From assembly GCA_035388585.1 (NCBI GenBank), contig DAOOQE010000003.1, positions 1,517-65,516 on the forward strand: DNA of 64,000 nt, given 5' to 3'. Of this stretch, positions 38,581 to 49,016 are shown piece by piece. The position numbers and the translations under genes are program-made. The DNA comes from Clostridia bacterium (lineage in GTDB: Bacteria; Bacillota; Clostridia; TANB77; CAG-508). The notes beneath the pieces are model-generated. The model was not told the origin of the DNA. It saw only the letters and a program-made list of their open reading frames with translations, and searched no databases. How positions within the stretch are numbered: the first letter of the stretch is position 1; each line of letters opens with the position of its first letter.

Positions 38581-39996
38581 TCTTTTTTCTATTAAATTAA
38601 CTTCATACTTTTTAGAAATCTCATTATATAAATCATAATTTTCAGAATCTATGACCCAAATTCTACCTTTAATTTCCTCTATCTCATCTAAATTATGAAT
38701 CGTCTTCATATCAGGACCATATGCCTCATATGCTTTTTCTACATTCCAATTTTCTGCATCATAGAAAAGTGTTTTATATCCGTCAAAATTTGTTTCTATA
38801 ACACTACCTGCTCCTAAATCTTGATTTCTAAATATAATAACATCTTCTTTTTTTATGTTTTCACTTATATACTCTATTTGTTTCATATTTGTTTCATTAT
38901 AGTTTATTAATGAAAACCTAATATTACCATAAATTGTAGATGCAATCATTAGAATACAAATGCTATATAATGTTTTTTTAGCATCAGTTCTTGCTAAAAA
39001 ATATGACCAAAAGAATATTAATAAACCACTTACTGTAAATAAGTATCTAGGATATAAAATTGGAGATTTTATTGATAATAAACCTGCAGCTAATATTACT
39101 AAAAAATATACTACTATGGCCTGTTTACCGGGATTAAATTGGTTTTGTTTATCTGTTATTTCTTTACTAATTTTATACATTGTTGAGAATGCAAGAGTGA
39201 ATAAAGAAAAAGCCAATAAACATGCTATTCTCTCATCAAAATTCCCCAAACATTGAAATTGCAATATTTCAAATATAGTTCCTGGAAACGAAAGCGAAAT
39301 CCAAAAACCTTTTGATACATTTTTAACTTGCAAAAACATAAAATATAACCATGGCATATACGCAATAAATTGAATAATTCCCGTTATAAAAAAAGGTTTT
39401 ATATATTTATTTCTTATTTCTTTTCTTTTAATAAAATATACAAATAATAATAAATTAATTAATCCAGCTGCCATTAAACTATAGTAATGTGTATATAATG
39501 AACATAAACTGAAAATTCCAAATAATATCCAGTTTTTTGCTTTATTTATTTTTGTTAATCTGTATGAATATATTGCTGTTAACGTTACAAAAACTGCTGC
39601 CCACGAATACATCCTTATTTCTGATGCATACATTGGTATTACTGGTAAAAAAAACGAGAAAAACGAGAATAGGATTCCAGTTTTTTCACCAAAGTCCTTC
39701 TTTATATGAGTAAAACCTAATAATCCAAGAATAGCTATTCCCAAAGCTGAAAATAACCTATAACCTATTATATTTCCACCAGTTATTATATTAATTAATT
39801 TCAACATAAAATAATACAATGTTGGATGTACATCATTTCCACCAATCATCCATATATCATAAAAACTATGCTTAACTAGAGCAACCGAGTATGTTTCATC
39901 AAACCACATATTGTTATGAAACAAACCAATCATTATAAAAATACTACCTAATATAATAATACCTATATGTATTATTTTGTTCTTTTGTTTTTCCAT
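38524..39996 (-). CDS. glycosyltransferase family 39 (ArnT/PMT-like) membrane protein
   Basis: 490 aa. At least 10 TM segments with a WFDETYS motif in the first loop, then a soluble C-terminal domain. GGAGGA SD. Confidence 0.65.
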   Translation of the reverse strand: MEKQKNKIIHIGIIILGSIFIMIGLFHNNMWFDETYSVALVKHSFYDIWMIGGNDVHPTLYYFMLKLINIITGGNIIGYRLFSALGIAILGLLGFTHIKKDFGEKTGILFSFFSFFLPVIPMYASEIRMYSWAAVFVTLTAIYSYRLTKINKAKNWILFGIFSLCSLYTHYYSLMAAGLINLLLFVYFIKRKEIRNKYIKPFFITGIIQFIAYMPWLYFMFLQVKNVSKGFWISLSFPGTIFEILQFQCLGNFDERIACLLAFSLFTLAFSTMYKISKEITDKQNQFNPGKQAIVVYFLVILAAGLLSIKSPILYPRYLFTVSGLLIFFWSYFLARTDAKKTLYSICILMIASTIYGNIRFSLINYNETNMKQIEYISENIKKEDVIIFRNQDLGAGSVIETNFDGYKTLFYDAENWNVEKAYEAYGPDMKTIHNLDEIEEIKGRIWVIDSENYDLYNEISKKYEVNLIEKRQFKTKYKGYNYNFALITK

Positions 39997-40171
39997 ATCT
40001 TCCTCCTGAAAAAAAATAAATATTTTATAATTTTTTTATCCAAACTAAATTAATTATATATTACACAAACTTAAAAATCAATGATTTATAGACTTATTTC
40101 TATTTTTTTGATATAATAAACATATTGTAAAAGAATTTACAAAATTAATTTAAAAAGGATTAAATAATATA

Positions 40172-42616
40172 ATGAAAACAATAAATAATAATGTGGAATT
40201 ACTTTCTCCTGTTGGTAATTTCGAATGCCTAAAAGCAGCTATACAAAATGGTGCTGACAGTGTTTATTTTGGAGCTGACTTTTTTAGTGCCAGAGCTTCT
40301 GCAACTAACTTTTCTTTAGATGAATTAAAAACAGTTATTCATTATTCAAAAATTAGAAATGTTAAAACTAATTTAACTTTAAACACATTAATTAAAAATG
40401 AGGAATTTGAGGAAGCTATAAATTTGGCGAAAAATGCTTATGAAAATGGAATTGATGCAATAATTGTACAAGATTTAGGCCTTGCAAAAAAACTTATAGA
40501 ACTATTTCCTAACCTACCTATCCATTCAAGCACTCAAATGACTATACACAATCTAGAAGGTGCTATTCAAGCTGAAAAACTTGGATTTAAAAGAGTTGTT
40601 TTATCAAGAGAATGTAGTTTAGAAGAAATTAAACATATTTGTAAAAATACAAACATCGAAATAGAAGTATTTATTCATGGTGCTTTATGTATCTCTTATT
40701 CTGGACAATGCCTACTTTCAAGCATGATAGGCGGACGTTCTGGAAACAGAGGAAGATGTGCTCAACCATGTAGATTACCATATAAATTAACATCTGATTC
40801 CAAAATAGTAGATGAAGGATATCTTTTAAGCACAAAAGATTTATGCGGCTTAGAATTTATTCCACAATTGATAAAAGCTGGAGTTAAATGTTTTAAAATT
40901 GAAGGTAGAATGAAACAAGCAGAATATGTTGCAACTGTTACTAAAATATATAGAAAATATATAGATCTAGCAAAATCGAACTCTTCATTTTTTATTGAAG
41001 AATCTGATAAAAAAGATTTGTTACAAGTTTTTAACAGAGGTGGTTTTTCATCTGGGCACTTAGATACAAAACCAAACCAAGATTTAGTTTATCCTAAAAA
41101 ACCTAACAATATGGGATTATTTTTAGGTTCTGTACATGATTTTAACCCTAACAAAGGTTATATAACACTTAGATTACAAGAAAAAATTAAAATTGGTGAT
41201 ACTATTAGTTTAGAAAAAGAATCTGGAACATATACAATTTCCGAATTAATGATCAATGGAAAAAATGAACAAGCTGGTTATTTGGGTGATATTGTAAAAA
41301 TTGGTAGAATGAAAGGTAATATTGGAATTAATGATAAAATTTTTAAATTATCTGATAAAGAACTTTCTAATTCTGCTAAACAAACTTTTTCTGATTCTGA
41401 ATTTAAAAAAATATATTTAAATTGTAATATAACAATAAAAAAGGAAACACCAATAGAAATTACTATTTTTCCATCTGATAATACTGGTTTTTATAAAGAT
41501 ATTAAAATAAATTTAAAATCTGACACAATTCCTGTATTAGCTATTAAGTCTCCTATTACAAAAGAAAGAATTATTTCTCAGATTTCAAAAACCGGAAATA
41601 CACCTTACGAGTTTAAAAATATCAATATCGATTTAGATGATAACCTATATATACCAAATATAAGTTGTATTAATGAATTAAGACGTTTAAGCCTAGAAAA
41701 TATGCAAGAACTAGTAATCCATAATAATTGTGAAAATGTTTTAACTACTAAGAAATTAAATAATGATATTAAAAAAAATAATATCATTATAAATGAAGCT
41801 ACAGAGAATTATTCAAATAATGAATCAATAACTATATTATTAAACAAATTAGATATAAATTTTGAATACAATAAACTAGAAAATATACAAAAAGTATATT
41901 TACCTTTGAATTTTTTCTTATCATCTAAATATTCAGAAACTATTAATAAAATTTCAAATAAATTTGATACTTATATATATTTACCTTTAATACTTAAGAT
42001 TTCTAATTTAAATTTAGAAAAAATATTACAAACATTTAAGATTAAAGGATTTGTCTTATCTAATATATCTCACTTTAATATATTAGAAAAATACAGTAGT
42101 TATGAAATTATTGGAAACTATAGTTTAAATATATTTAATAATAATACAATTAAAGAATTATCAACTTTAGGTTTAAAAACAGTTACTTTATCTCCTGAAA
42201 CAGATAAAGAATCAGCACTTCAATTACTTACAAACAACAAATTTTCCGATACAGAAATAATAGTATATGGAAAAACTCCTGTAATGACAATTAATTATTG
42301 TCTAATTGGTAAATCAAATAAATGCTATTCTAATTGCTCAAATAGTTGTTCTACTAATTCATATTATTTGCGTGATAGACTTGGATTTGATTTTCAAATT
42401 TTACCTGATAATAATTCTTCTGTTACAACTATTTATAATAGTAAAATAACTAGCATTTCTGTTGATTTTAATAGTGATATTAAATACAATAAAAGAATTG
42501 ATTTTATAGATGAAACGATTGAGAATATGCAAAATATTATAAATACAATTAAAAAAGGTGAACGACTTGAAGGAGATATTTATACAAATGGAAGTATTAA
42601 TAGACAAGTTCAATAA
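40172..42616 (+). CDS. peptidase U32 family protein (long form)
   Basis: 814 aa. N-terminal ELLSPVGNFECLKAAIQNGADSVYFG and the U32 signature region EVFIHGALCISYSGQCLLSS...GRSGNRGRCAQPCR. Confidence 0.9.
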   Translation: MKTINNNVELLSPVGNFECLKAAIQNGADSVYFGADFFSARASATNFSLDELKTVIHYSKIRNVKTNLTLNTLIKNEEFEEAINLAKNAYENGIDAIIVQDLGLAKKLIELFPNLPIHSSTQMTIHNLEGAIQAEKLGFKRVVLSRECSLEEIKHICKNTNIEIEVFIHGALCISYSGQCLLSSMIGGRSGNRGRCAQPCRLPYKLTSDSKIVDEGYLLSTKDLCGLEFIPQLIKAGVKCFKIEGRMKQAEYVATVTKIYRKYIDLAKSNSSFFIEESDKKDLLQVFNRGGFSSGHLDTKPNQDLVYPKKPNNMGLFLGSVHDFNPNKGYITLRLQEKIKIGDTISLEKESGTYTISELMINGKNEQAGYLGDIVKIGRMKGNIGINDKIFKLSDKELSNSAKQTFSDSEFKKIYLNCNITIKKETPIEITIFPSDNTGFYKDIKINLKSDTIPVLAIKSPITKERIISQISKTGNTPYEFKNINIDLDDNLYIPNISCINELRRLSLENMQELVIHNNCENVLTTKKLNNDIKKNNIIINEATENYSNNESITILLNKLDINFEYNKLENIQKVYLPLNFFLSSKYSETINKISNKFDTYIYLPLILKISNLNLEKILQTFKIKGFVLSNISHFNILEKYSSYEIIGNYSLNIFNNNTIKELSTLGLKTVTLSPETDKESALQLLTNNKFSDTEIIVYGKTPVMTINYCLIGKSNKCYSNCSNSCSTNSYYLRDRLGFDFQILPDNNSSVTTIYNSKITSISVDFNSDIKYNKRIDFIDETIENMQNIINTIKKGERLEGDIYTNGSINRQVQ

Positions 42617-42641
42617 AATCCTGAAAAATATTAAATAAAAA

Positions 42642-42688
42642 AAATAAGGACTCGAATAATTTGATAATTAATTGAGTCCTTATTTTTA
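42642..42688. terminator. bidirectional terminator
   Basis: AAATAAGGACTC-20 nt loop-GAGTCCTTATTT, flanked by an A-run upstream and TTT downstream. Confidence 0.7.
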
Positions 42689-42745
42689 ATTTATATTTTA
42701 TAATTATCAATAATTATAATTCATTTAATACAATATTATAAATAA

Positions 42746-43258
42746 TTAGAAAGCTATTGAATACCATTTCCCTTCGATTTCATATATTTTCATAGGGTTA
42801 ATAATTTCTTGTTCACTATCTTTTCCTTTAATAATTCTTTTTACTTCTAATCTATAACCTTTTGTAACACTACAAGTATGATCATAATAAATTTTAATAT
42901 TATCTTGTATTACTTTTAAGTTATTTTCCGAAATATCTTCTTTTGCAACAATTTCATAAGAAATCTTTATGTCTTCCCCACACATTTGTATATAATTATT
43001 CATAATTTCATTAATTTGTTCTTTTGTAATTTTATATTTTATAAATTCTGGGAAAGCACTGTTATATTTATTCTCGTCAAGATTTTGAATACCTTCAATC
43101 ATATTTTTAACTGGTTCTTCATATAATTCAACTTTTTTAGTATTTCCTAATATTATTATATTTGATTTTAAGCTCAAACCTATAACAACTGATATTGCTA
43201 ATATAATAATTGCAATAATAATTATACTTATTTTTATTTTTTTATTCATTTTTAACAT
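42746..43258 (-). CDS. hypothetical membrane-anchored protein (paralog of 45733-46359)
   Basis: 170 aa. N-terminal TM. The extracytoplasmic domain ends ...IKGKDSEQEIINPMKIYEIEGKWYSIAF. The true start may be the second ATG at 43249. Confidence 0.45.
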   Translation of the reverse strand: MLKMNKKIKISIIIIAIIILAISVVIGLSLKSNIIILGNTKKVELYEEPVKNMIEGIQNLDENKYNSAFPEFIKYKITKEQINEIMNNYIQMCGEDIKISYEIVAKEDISENNLKVIQDNIKIYYDHTCSVTKGYRLEVKRIIKGKDSEQEIINPMKIYEIEGKWYSIAF

Positions 43259-43280
43259 TTCCTTTCATTTGTAATTTTTA

Positions 43281-43350
43281 TTTATTTTATATTTTAATTA
43301 TCGTGTTTATTTTATTTTATATTTTAAATATCGTGTTTATTTTATTATTT
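43281..43350. repeat. 30-bp tandem repeat, about 2.3 copies
   Basis: TTTATTTTATATTTTAA(T/A)TATCGTGTTTA occurs at 43281 and 43311. A further short 15-bp repeat TTTATTTTAATATTT x2 follows at about 43363. Confidence 0.75.
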
Positions 43351-43493
43351 TATTATATTATTTTTATTTTAATATTTTTATTTTAATATTTTTCTTATTA
43401 TTATATTGTTTTCTTTTATTTTATTTATTCTAAAATATCTTTATAATCGAGTTACAGTATATTAATAAAATTGTTTGATATAATATTTATAAA

Positions 43494-43805
43494 TTAATGA
43501 TTTGCACTAAGTTTAATAATTAATCCCATATCATCATCACGAGCTGCCTTATTCTTTCTTATCATACCACATTTTTTGCACTTAAAAATTATCACATATC
43601 CTTTTTTATTATCTATTTCTAGTCCTATAGGAAATAATGTTCCATGACATGTTTCTTCTCTATCACCTGGATTTTTATCCACATGTTTTGAATGTAAGCA
43701 AAAAGGACAATGATTTCTACAAGAATACCCTAATTTATCAACTTTCTTACCACAATTTTCACAAATAAAACTTTCATCTATTTCTGTAAAATTACTTTTT
43801 TGCAT
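43494..43805 (-). CDS. RNHCP domain-containing zinc-ribbon protein
   Basis: Contains the literal CRNHCPFCL motif plus CENCG, CHG and CKKCG cysteine pairs. Start set to the ATG at 43805 (GAGGAG SD), which overlaps the upstream gene end by 14 nt. Confidence 0.75.
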   Translation of the reverse strand: MQKSNFTEIDESFICENCGKKVDKLGYSCRNHCPFCLHSKHVDKNPGDREETCHGTLFPIGLEIDNKKGYVIIFKCKKCGMIRKNKAARDDDMGLIIKLSANH

Positions 43806-45459
43806 TTTTAATTTTCTCCTCTTCTGCTTCATGAAATACACTACCACCTATAAATTCTCTTAACAATGAGTTATTTGGTACGTATTCTGGATTAATATCC
43901 TCAAAATATTCTAATAATCTATATAATCTTTTCGCTTCTGAAAATTCATATTCCAGATTAGTAATTTCTTTTAATAATGGGATGGCATATCTTTTTAAAA
44001 TATTTAATTCGTATATCAATGATGAGTTAAACATGATATCTGCTTCTTCCTGATAAGGAAATATATTTTTTTCTTCTCCCCTGTTAACAGAATTCCACAT
44101 TTTTAATGTATGAAGAGCTGAATAACCTCTAAAATTATAATCTCTTACTATTCTTCTTATAAGCCTTGTATCTGTTGTTGAGATTCTGTTATATTCATCT
44201 AAATTTAAAACTGTTAAAGCACTAATATATATCTTAAACTTTTGTTCTTTAGGTATTAACTCCGTTAATTTATCATTTAAGCAATGTATGCCTTCAATTA
44301 CCAAAATTTCATCTTCATCTATTTTTAATTTTTTTCCATTATATATTTTTGTTCCTTTTTCAAAGTCAAATTGAGGTACTTCTATTTCTTCTCCTTTTAA
44401 TAAGCTAATTAAGTGATTATTAAATAATTCTGTATCAATTGCCTCTATAGTCTCAAAATCATAATTCCCAAATTCATCTTTTGGATTTTGAGTTCTTTCA
44501 ACAAAATAATTATCTACTGAAATTGTAACTGGCTTTATTCCATTTAATTTAAGTTGAAGACTTAATCTTTCTGCAAATGTTGTTTTTCCAGAAGATGATG
44601 GTCCAGCAATCAGTATCATTTTAACTCGTTTTCTTTTTATAATTTCATCTGCTATGTTGGCAAATTTTTTCTCATGCAAAGCCTCATCTAATAATATATA
44701 CTCTTTTATTTTTTCCTGTTTAATAATGTAGTTAAGTTTTTCTAATGTATGAACTCCTAATATTTGATGAACATTTTCATATTCATCTAATGTTTTTAAT
44801 AATCTTTTCTGTTCCTGAAAATCTGTTAAAACTTCTGGTTTTTTTCTACTTGGGTATCTAACTAAAAAACCTGTATGATATTTTGAAATTTCAAATAATT
44901 TTGCAAACCCTGTATTAATTGGTAAAACCCCAAAAAAATAATTGTAATAATCTTCACAATAATATAGCATAACCTCTTGTTTTGACTCTAAATCTAATTG
45001 CAATTTTCCTTTTGTTTCATTTTTACTTTCAAAAAATTTTTTTGCTTGTTCCTTATCCATAGAAATTTTATTAATAGACAAATCTTTTTCAATTATTTCT
45101 TTTACTTTGATATTTATATTTTTAATCATTTCATTTGTAACTTCTACATTTTTAACTTCGCATAAAACTGAATTAGATAATTGATAATTTACCAATATTT
45201 TAGAATTCGGATATAATTCTTCAACTGCTTTATATATTATAAATAATAAGCCTTTTACGTATATTCTCATACCATCTTTATCTGATATATCTATTAATTC
45301 TAATTTACCATTTTGCTCTATTTTGTAATTTAGACTTTTCACTTCATTATTAAATCTAGCTGCAATAGCTTTTTGCTTAGTTATTTCATCTGATAATAAT
45401 TCTTTAATCAAAGTTCCATTTTTTACATCTATTATATTGTCTTTATATATTATTTGCAT
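43792..45459 (-). CDS. uridine kinase/phosphoribulokinase-family nucleoside kinase with N-terminal TGS-like domain
   Basis: 555 aa. P-loop IAGPSSSGKTTFAERL followed by VDNYF, and a ThrRS-like N-terminal region. AAGGAGG SD. Confidence 0.75.
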   Translation of the reverse strand: MQIIYKDNIIDVKNGTLIKELLSDEITKQKAIAARFNNEVKSLNYKIEQNGKLELIDISDKDGMRIYVKGLLFIIYKAVEELYPNSKILVNYQLSNSVLCEVKNVEVTNEMIKNINIKVKEIIEKDLSINKISMDKEQAKKFFESKNETKGKLQLDLESKQEVMLYYCEDYYNYFFGVLPINTGFAKLFEISKYHTGFLVRYPSRKKPEVLTDFQEQKRLLKTLDEYENVHQILGVHTLEKLNYIIKQEKIKEYILLDEALHEKKFANIADEIIKRKRVKMILIAGPSSSGKTTFAERLSLQLKLNGIKPVTISVDNYFVERTQNPKDEFGNYDFETIEAIDTELFNNHLISLLKGEEIEVPQFDFEKGTKIYNGKKLKIDEDEILVIEGIHCLNDKLTELIPKEQKFKIYISALTVLNLDEYNRISTTDTRLIRRIVRDYNFRGYSALHTLKMWNSVNRGEEKNIFPYQEEADIMFNSSLIYELNILKRYAIPLLKEITNLEYEFSEAKRLYRLLEYFEDINPEYVPNNSLLREFIGGSVFHEAEEEKIKNAKK

Positions 45460-45732
45460 TTTTTATCCTCCTTTAATATTCTTATTTTATAACTAGATAT
45501 TTTTTTAGTCAAGTATGAATATATTTAAATATAATAATTTTGTTAAAATTATATAAATAAAATAACTTTATTTTACTAAATTTAGTAAATATGTAAATAA
45601 TAAAAAATATTTTATATGCGAAAAAAAATAAAAAATTAAACATATTTTCGATAATTTTTGTCATATTTATTGACAATAAAGTTTTATTATATTATGATAT
45701 AATTATCAAACAAAAACAAAGGAGGATTTTTT

Positions 45733-46359
45733 ATGAGTAAATTTTGTGAAGGTTGCGGTGCTGAAATAGATGACGCAGCTGTAAAATGCAAAGACTGTGT
45801 TGAAAAAGATACACAAGAAAAAAATGCTACTGCAGGTGTAGCTAACGAAAAAGTTAAAGATTCTGCAACAACAAAAAAACCAATGAATAAAGCTATTTTA
45901 TTTGGTGGAATTGGAGCTGCTGCATTAGCTGTAATAGTTCTTTTAATAGTTTTAATATCTAATATTTTTGGTGGATATAAAACACCAATATCAAATATGT
46001 ATAAAGGTATGCAAAAAGCTGATTTAAAATCTTATCTAAAAGCTTATCCAGAATTTATGGGAATGGATAAATATATAGATCAAGATGATATGGATGACAT
46101 GTTAAAATCACTAGAAAAAGAATATGGTAAAAACATTAAAATATCTTACAAAATTATAGATACAGAAAAAATAAAGAAAGATGATTTAGAAAAAGTTAAA
46201 GAAAAAGTTTCTAAATACTATGACAAAGATGTAAAAATATCTGAAGGATATAAAGTAACTGTAAAATCTACTATCAAAGGTAAAGATGACAGTGAAACTG
46301 ATACTGATGATATGAAAGTTTATAAAATCGATGGAAAATGGTATATATTAGGTTTATAA
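45733..46359 (+). CDS. zinc-ribbon / TM / extracytoplasmic domain protein (paralog of 42746-43258)
   Basis: 208 aa. N-terminal CEGCG...CKDC, one TM, and a C-terminal domain ending ...IKGKDDSETDTDDMKVYKIDGKWYILGL. AAGGAGG SD. Confidence 0.5.
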   Translation: MSKFCEGCGAEIDDAAVKCKDCVEKDTQEKNATAGVANEKVKDSATTKKPMNKAILFGGIGAAALAVIVLLIVLISNIFGGYKTPISNMYKGMQKADLKSYLKAYPEFMGMDKYIDQDDMDDMLKSLEKEYGKNIKISYKIIDTEKIKKDDLEKVKEKVSKYYDKDVKISEGYKVTVKSTIKGKDDSETDTDDMKVYKIDGKWYILGL

Positions 46360-46365
46360 AATATG

Positions 46366-46405
46366 AAAATAAGGTTACTGTGTTTGATCAGTAACCTTAT
46401 TTTTT
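46366..46405. terminator. bidirectional terminator between convergent genes
   Basis: AAAATAAGGTTACTG-8 nt loop-CAGTAACCTTATTTT with flanking A and T runs. Confidence 0.8.
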
Positions 46406-49016
46406 ATTTAATTTTTTCTTTTATTCTAATTAGAGTATTTAATGCCTCTATAGGAGTTAAAGAATTTGTATCTATTTTATCTAATTCATGAGCTAATTCT
46501 GCCAATTTAAAATTAAACATATCAAATTGACCATTAACAACTTTTTTGTTTTCTGTAACCTTTACCTTATTTTTCAATATATTTTTTCTTTCTAACGATT
46601 TAAGAATTTTATTAGCATTTTCAGTAACAATGTGCGGAACTCCTGCCAATTTAGCAACATGAACACCATAACTATCATCAGTACCACCTTGAACTATTTT
46701 TCTCAAAAATATTATATCTTCCCCTTTTTCCTTAACATCAACAGAATAATTTTTAATTCCTTCAAGTTTATCTTCAAGTTCTGTTAATTCATGATAATGG
46801 GTGGCAAATAAGGTTTTTGCTCCACATTTTTCTTTATCTGCAATATATTCAGCAACTGCCCAGGCTATTGATAATCCGTCATATGTTGATGTTCCTCTAC
46901 CTATTTCATCTAATATAATTAAACTATTATTAGTTGCATCTTTTAATATTTTTGCCACTTCCATCATTTCTACCATAAATGTACTTTGTCCCATACTTAA
47001 ATCATCTGAAGCACCCACTCTAGTAAATATTTTATCTACTATTCCTATTTTTGCATAATTTGCAGGTACAAAACTTCCAACTTGTGCCATAAGAGTAATT
47101 AAAGCCACCTGTCTCATATATGTAGACTTTCCAGCCATATTAGGTCCAGTGATTATTGATAATCTATTTTCCTGTTTATCCATATATGTATTATTTTCAA
47201 CAAAACTTCCTGTTGGCAAGATTTTTTCAATAACCGGATGTCTTCCATCTTTTATATCAATTATTCCATTATTATCCACTACAGGTTTTACATAAGCAAA
47301 AGCATCTGCCACTGTTGCATAAGAACATAAAACATCTAAAGTAGATAAAACTTCTGCAGTTTTTTGAATTCTAATAATATTATTTTCTATTTCTTCTCTT
47401 ATTTTTGTAAAAGCTTCATATTCTAGTATAACAACCTTTTCCTCAGCACCTAAAATATCATTTTCAATATTTTTAAGATCTTCTGTTATATATCTTTCAC
47501 AATTTGCTAATGTTTGTTTTCTCATAAATCTTTCTGGCACCTGGTTTAAATATGATTTTGTTATTTCTATATAATACCCAAATACTTTGTTAAAACCAAC
47601 TTTTAGATTTTTAATTCCTGTTTTTTCCCTTTCTTCAGCTTCCAGTTTAATAATCCAATTTTTACCTTCGGTATTAGCATTTTTTAATTTGTCAATTTCT
47701 GGGTCATACCCTAATTTTATTATTCCACCTTCTTTAATTGTTATTGGAGGTTCTTCAATAATTGATTTTTCTATTAAATTATAAATATCTTCCAATAAAT
47801 CTATTTTTTGATATATTTGATTTAATATTTCTGTTTTTGTTTCTTTTAAAATAATTTTTATTTCAGGTAATTGCTTAATTGAATTTTTCAGTGATATTAA
47901 ATCTCTTCCATTAGCATTTCCATAAGCTATTTTTCCTGCTAGCCTTTCAATATCATACACTTTTTTTAATTTATTAATAATTTCTCCTCGAATAATTATA
48001 TTATTTTTTAATTCTTCAACAGAATCTAATCTATTATTTATCTCTATAGTATCTATTAATGGATCATTTAACCATCTTCTTAAGTGTCTTCCCCCCATTG
48101 AAGTTACAGTTTTATCCAAAACCCAAAGTAAAGTACCTTTTTTTGACTTATCTCTTAGCTTTTCTGTAATTTCTAAATTTCTTCTTGCATTTATATCTAA
48201 TGACATATATTTTGAAATATTATAAATTTGAATCTTATTTATATGATCTAATTTTGTTTTTTGTGTTTCTTTTAAATACCTTAAAAGACCATTTATAGAG
48301 TGTATAGAAATTGATAATTCTCCAATTTCTTCTATTTTTTCATCTTTATCATTTAATAATTCGTAGTTTTTAGTTAGATTTTCTATATTCTCTATAAACA
48401 TATTTTCATCTACAATTGTAATATAGCTCTCAAATCTTTCTTTGATTTTTATTACTTCTTCATTACATTCACCCATAATTTTATTAATCAATATTTCAGC
48501 TGGTGAATATCTAGAAATTTCATCTAGTAACCTTGCAAAATTATTACTATCTTTAATTTGAGTTGCAAGAAACATTCCTGTTGAAATATCACAAACACTT
48601 ATTCCAAAATAAATACCTGTTTTGTATATTGCCATTATATAATTATTCTTTTTTTCCTCTAACAAATTGGATTCTATAACAGTTCCAGGAGTAACTACTC
48701 TTATAACTTCCCTTTTTATTATTCCTTTTGCATGTTTTGGGTCTTCAACTTGTTCACATATCGCCACTTTAAAGCCTTTTGATATTAACTTAGATATATA
48801 TGTTTCTGCTGCATGATATGGGATGCCACACATTGGAGCACGCTCTTCCTGACCGCAATCTTTACCTGTTAATGTTATTTCTAATTCTTTTGATGTAACT
48901 ATAGCATCCTCAAAAAACATTTCATAAAAGTCTCCAAGTCTATAAAAAAGTATACAATCATTATATTGTTTTTTTGTATCCAAATAATGCTGCATCATTG
49001 GCGAAAACTCAGCCAT
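46404..49016 (-). CDS. mutS: DNA mismatch repair protein MutS
   Basis: About 870 aa. N-terminal PMMQHYL...FYRLGDFYEMF, Walker A GPNMAGKST and DEIGRGTSTYDG. The start at 49016 has better SD spacing and overlaps the miaB stop. Confidence 0.97.
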   Translation of the reverse strand: MAEFSPMMQHYLDTKKQYNDCILFYRLGDFYEMFFEDAIVTSKELEITLTGKDCGQEERAPMCGIPYHAAETYISKLISKGFKVAICEQVEDPKHAKGIIKREVIRVVTPGTVIESNLLEEKKNNYIMAIYKTGIYFGISVCDISTGMFLATQIKDSNNFARLLDEISRYSPAEILINKIMGECNEEVIKIKERFESYITIVDENMFIENIENLTKNYELLNDKDEKIEEIGELSISIHSINGLLRYLKETQKTKLDHINKIQIYNISKYMSLDINARRNLEITEKLRDKSKKGTLLWVLDKTVTSMGGRHLRRWLNDPLIDTIEINNRLDSVEELKNNIIIRGEIINKLKKVYDIERLAGKIAYGNANGRDLISLKNSIKQLPEIKIILKETKTEILNQIYQKIDLLEDIYNLIEKSIIEEPPITIKEGGIIKLGYDPEIDKLKNANTEGKNWIIKLEAEEREKTGIKNLKVGFNKVFGYYIEITKSYLNQVPERFMRKQTLANCERYITEDLKNIENDILGAEEKVVILEYEAFTKIREEIENNIIRIQKTAEVLSTLDVLCSYATVADAFAYVKPVVDNNGIIDIKDGRHPVIEKILPTGSFVENNTYMDKQENRLSIITGPNMAGKSTYMRQVALITLMAQVGSFVPANYAKIGIVDKIFTRVGASDDLSMGQSTFMVEMMEVAKILKDATNNSLIILDEIGRGTSTYDGLSIAWAVAEYIADKEKCGAKTLFATHYHELTELEDKLEGIKNYSVDVKEKGEDIIFLRKIVQGGTDDSYGVHVAKLAGVPHIVTENANKILKSLERKNILKNKVKVTENKKVVNGQFDMFNFKLAELAHELDKIDTNSLTPIEALNTLIRIKEKIK

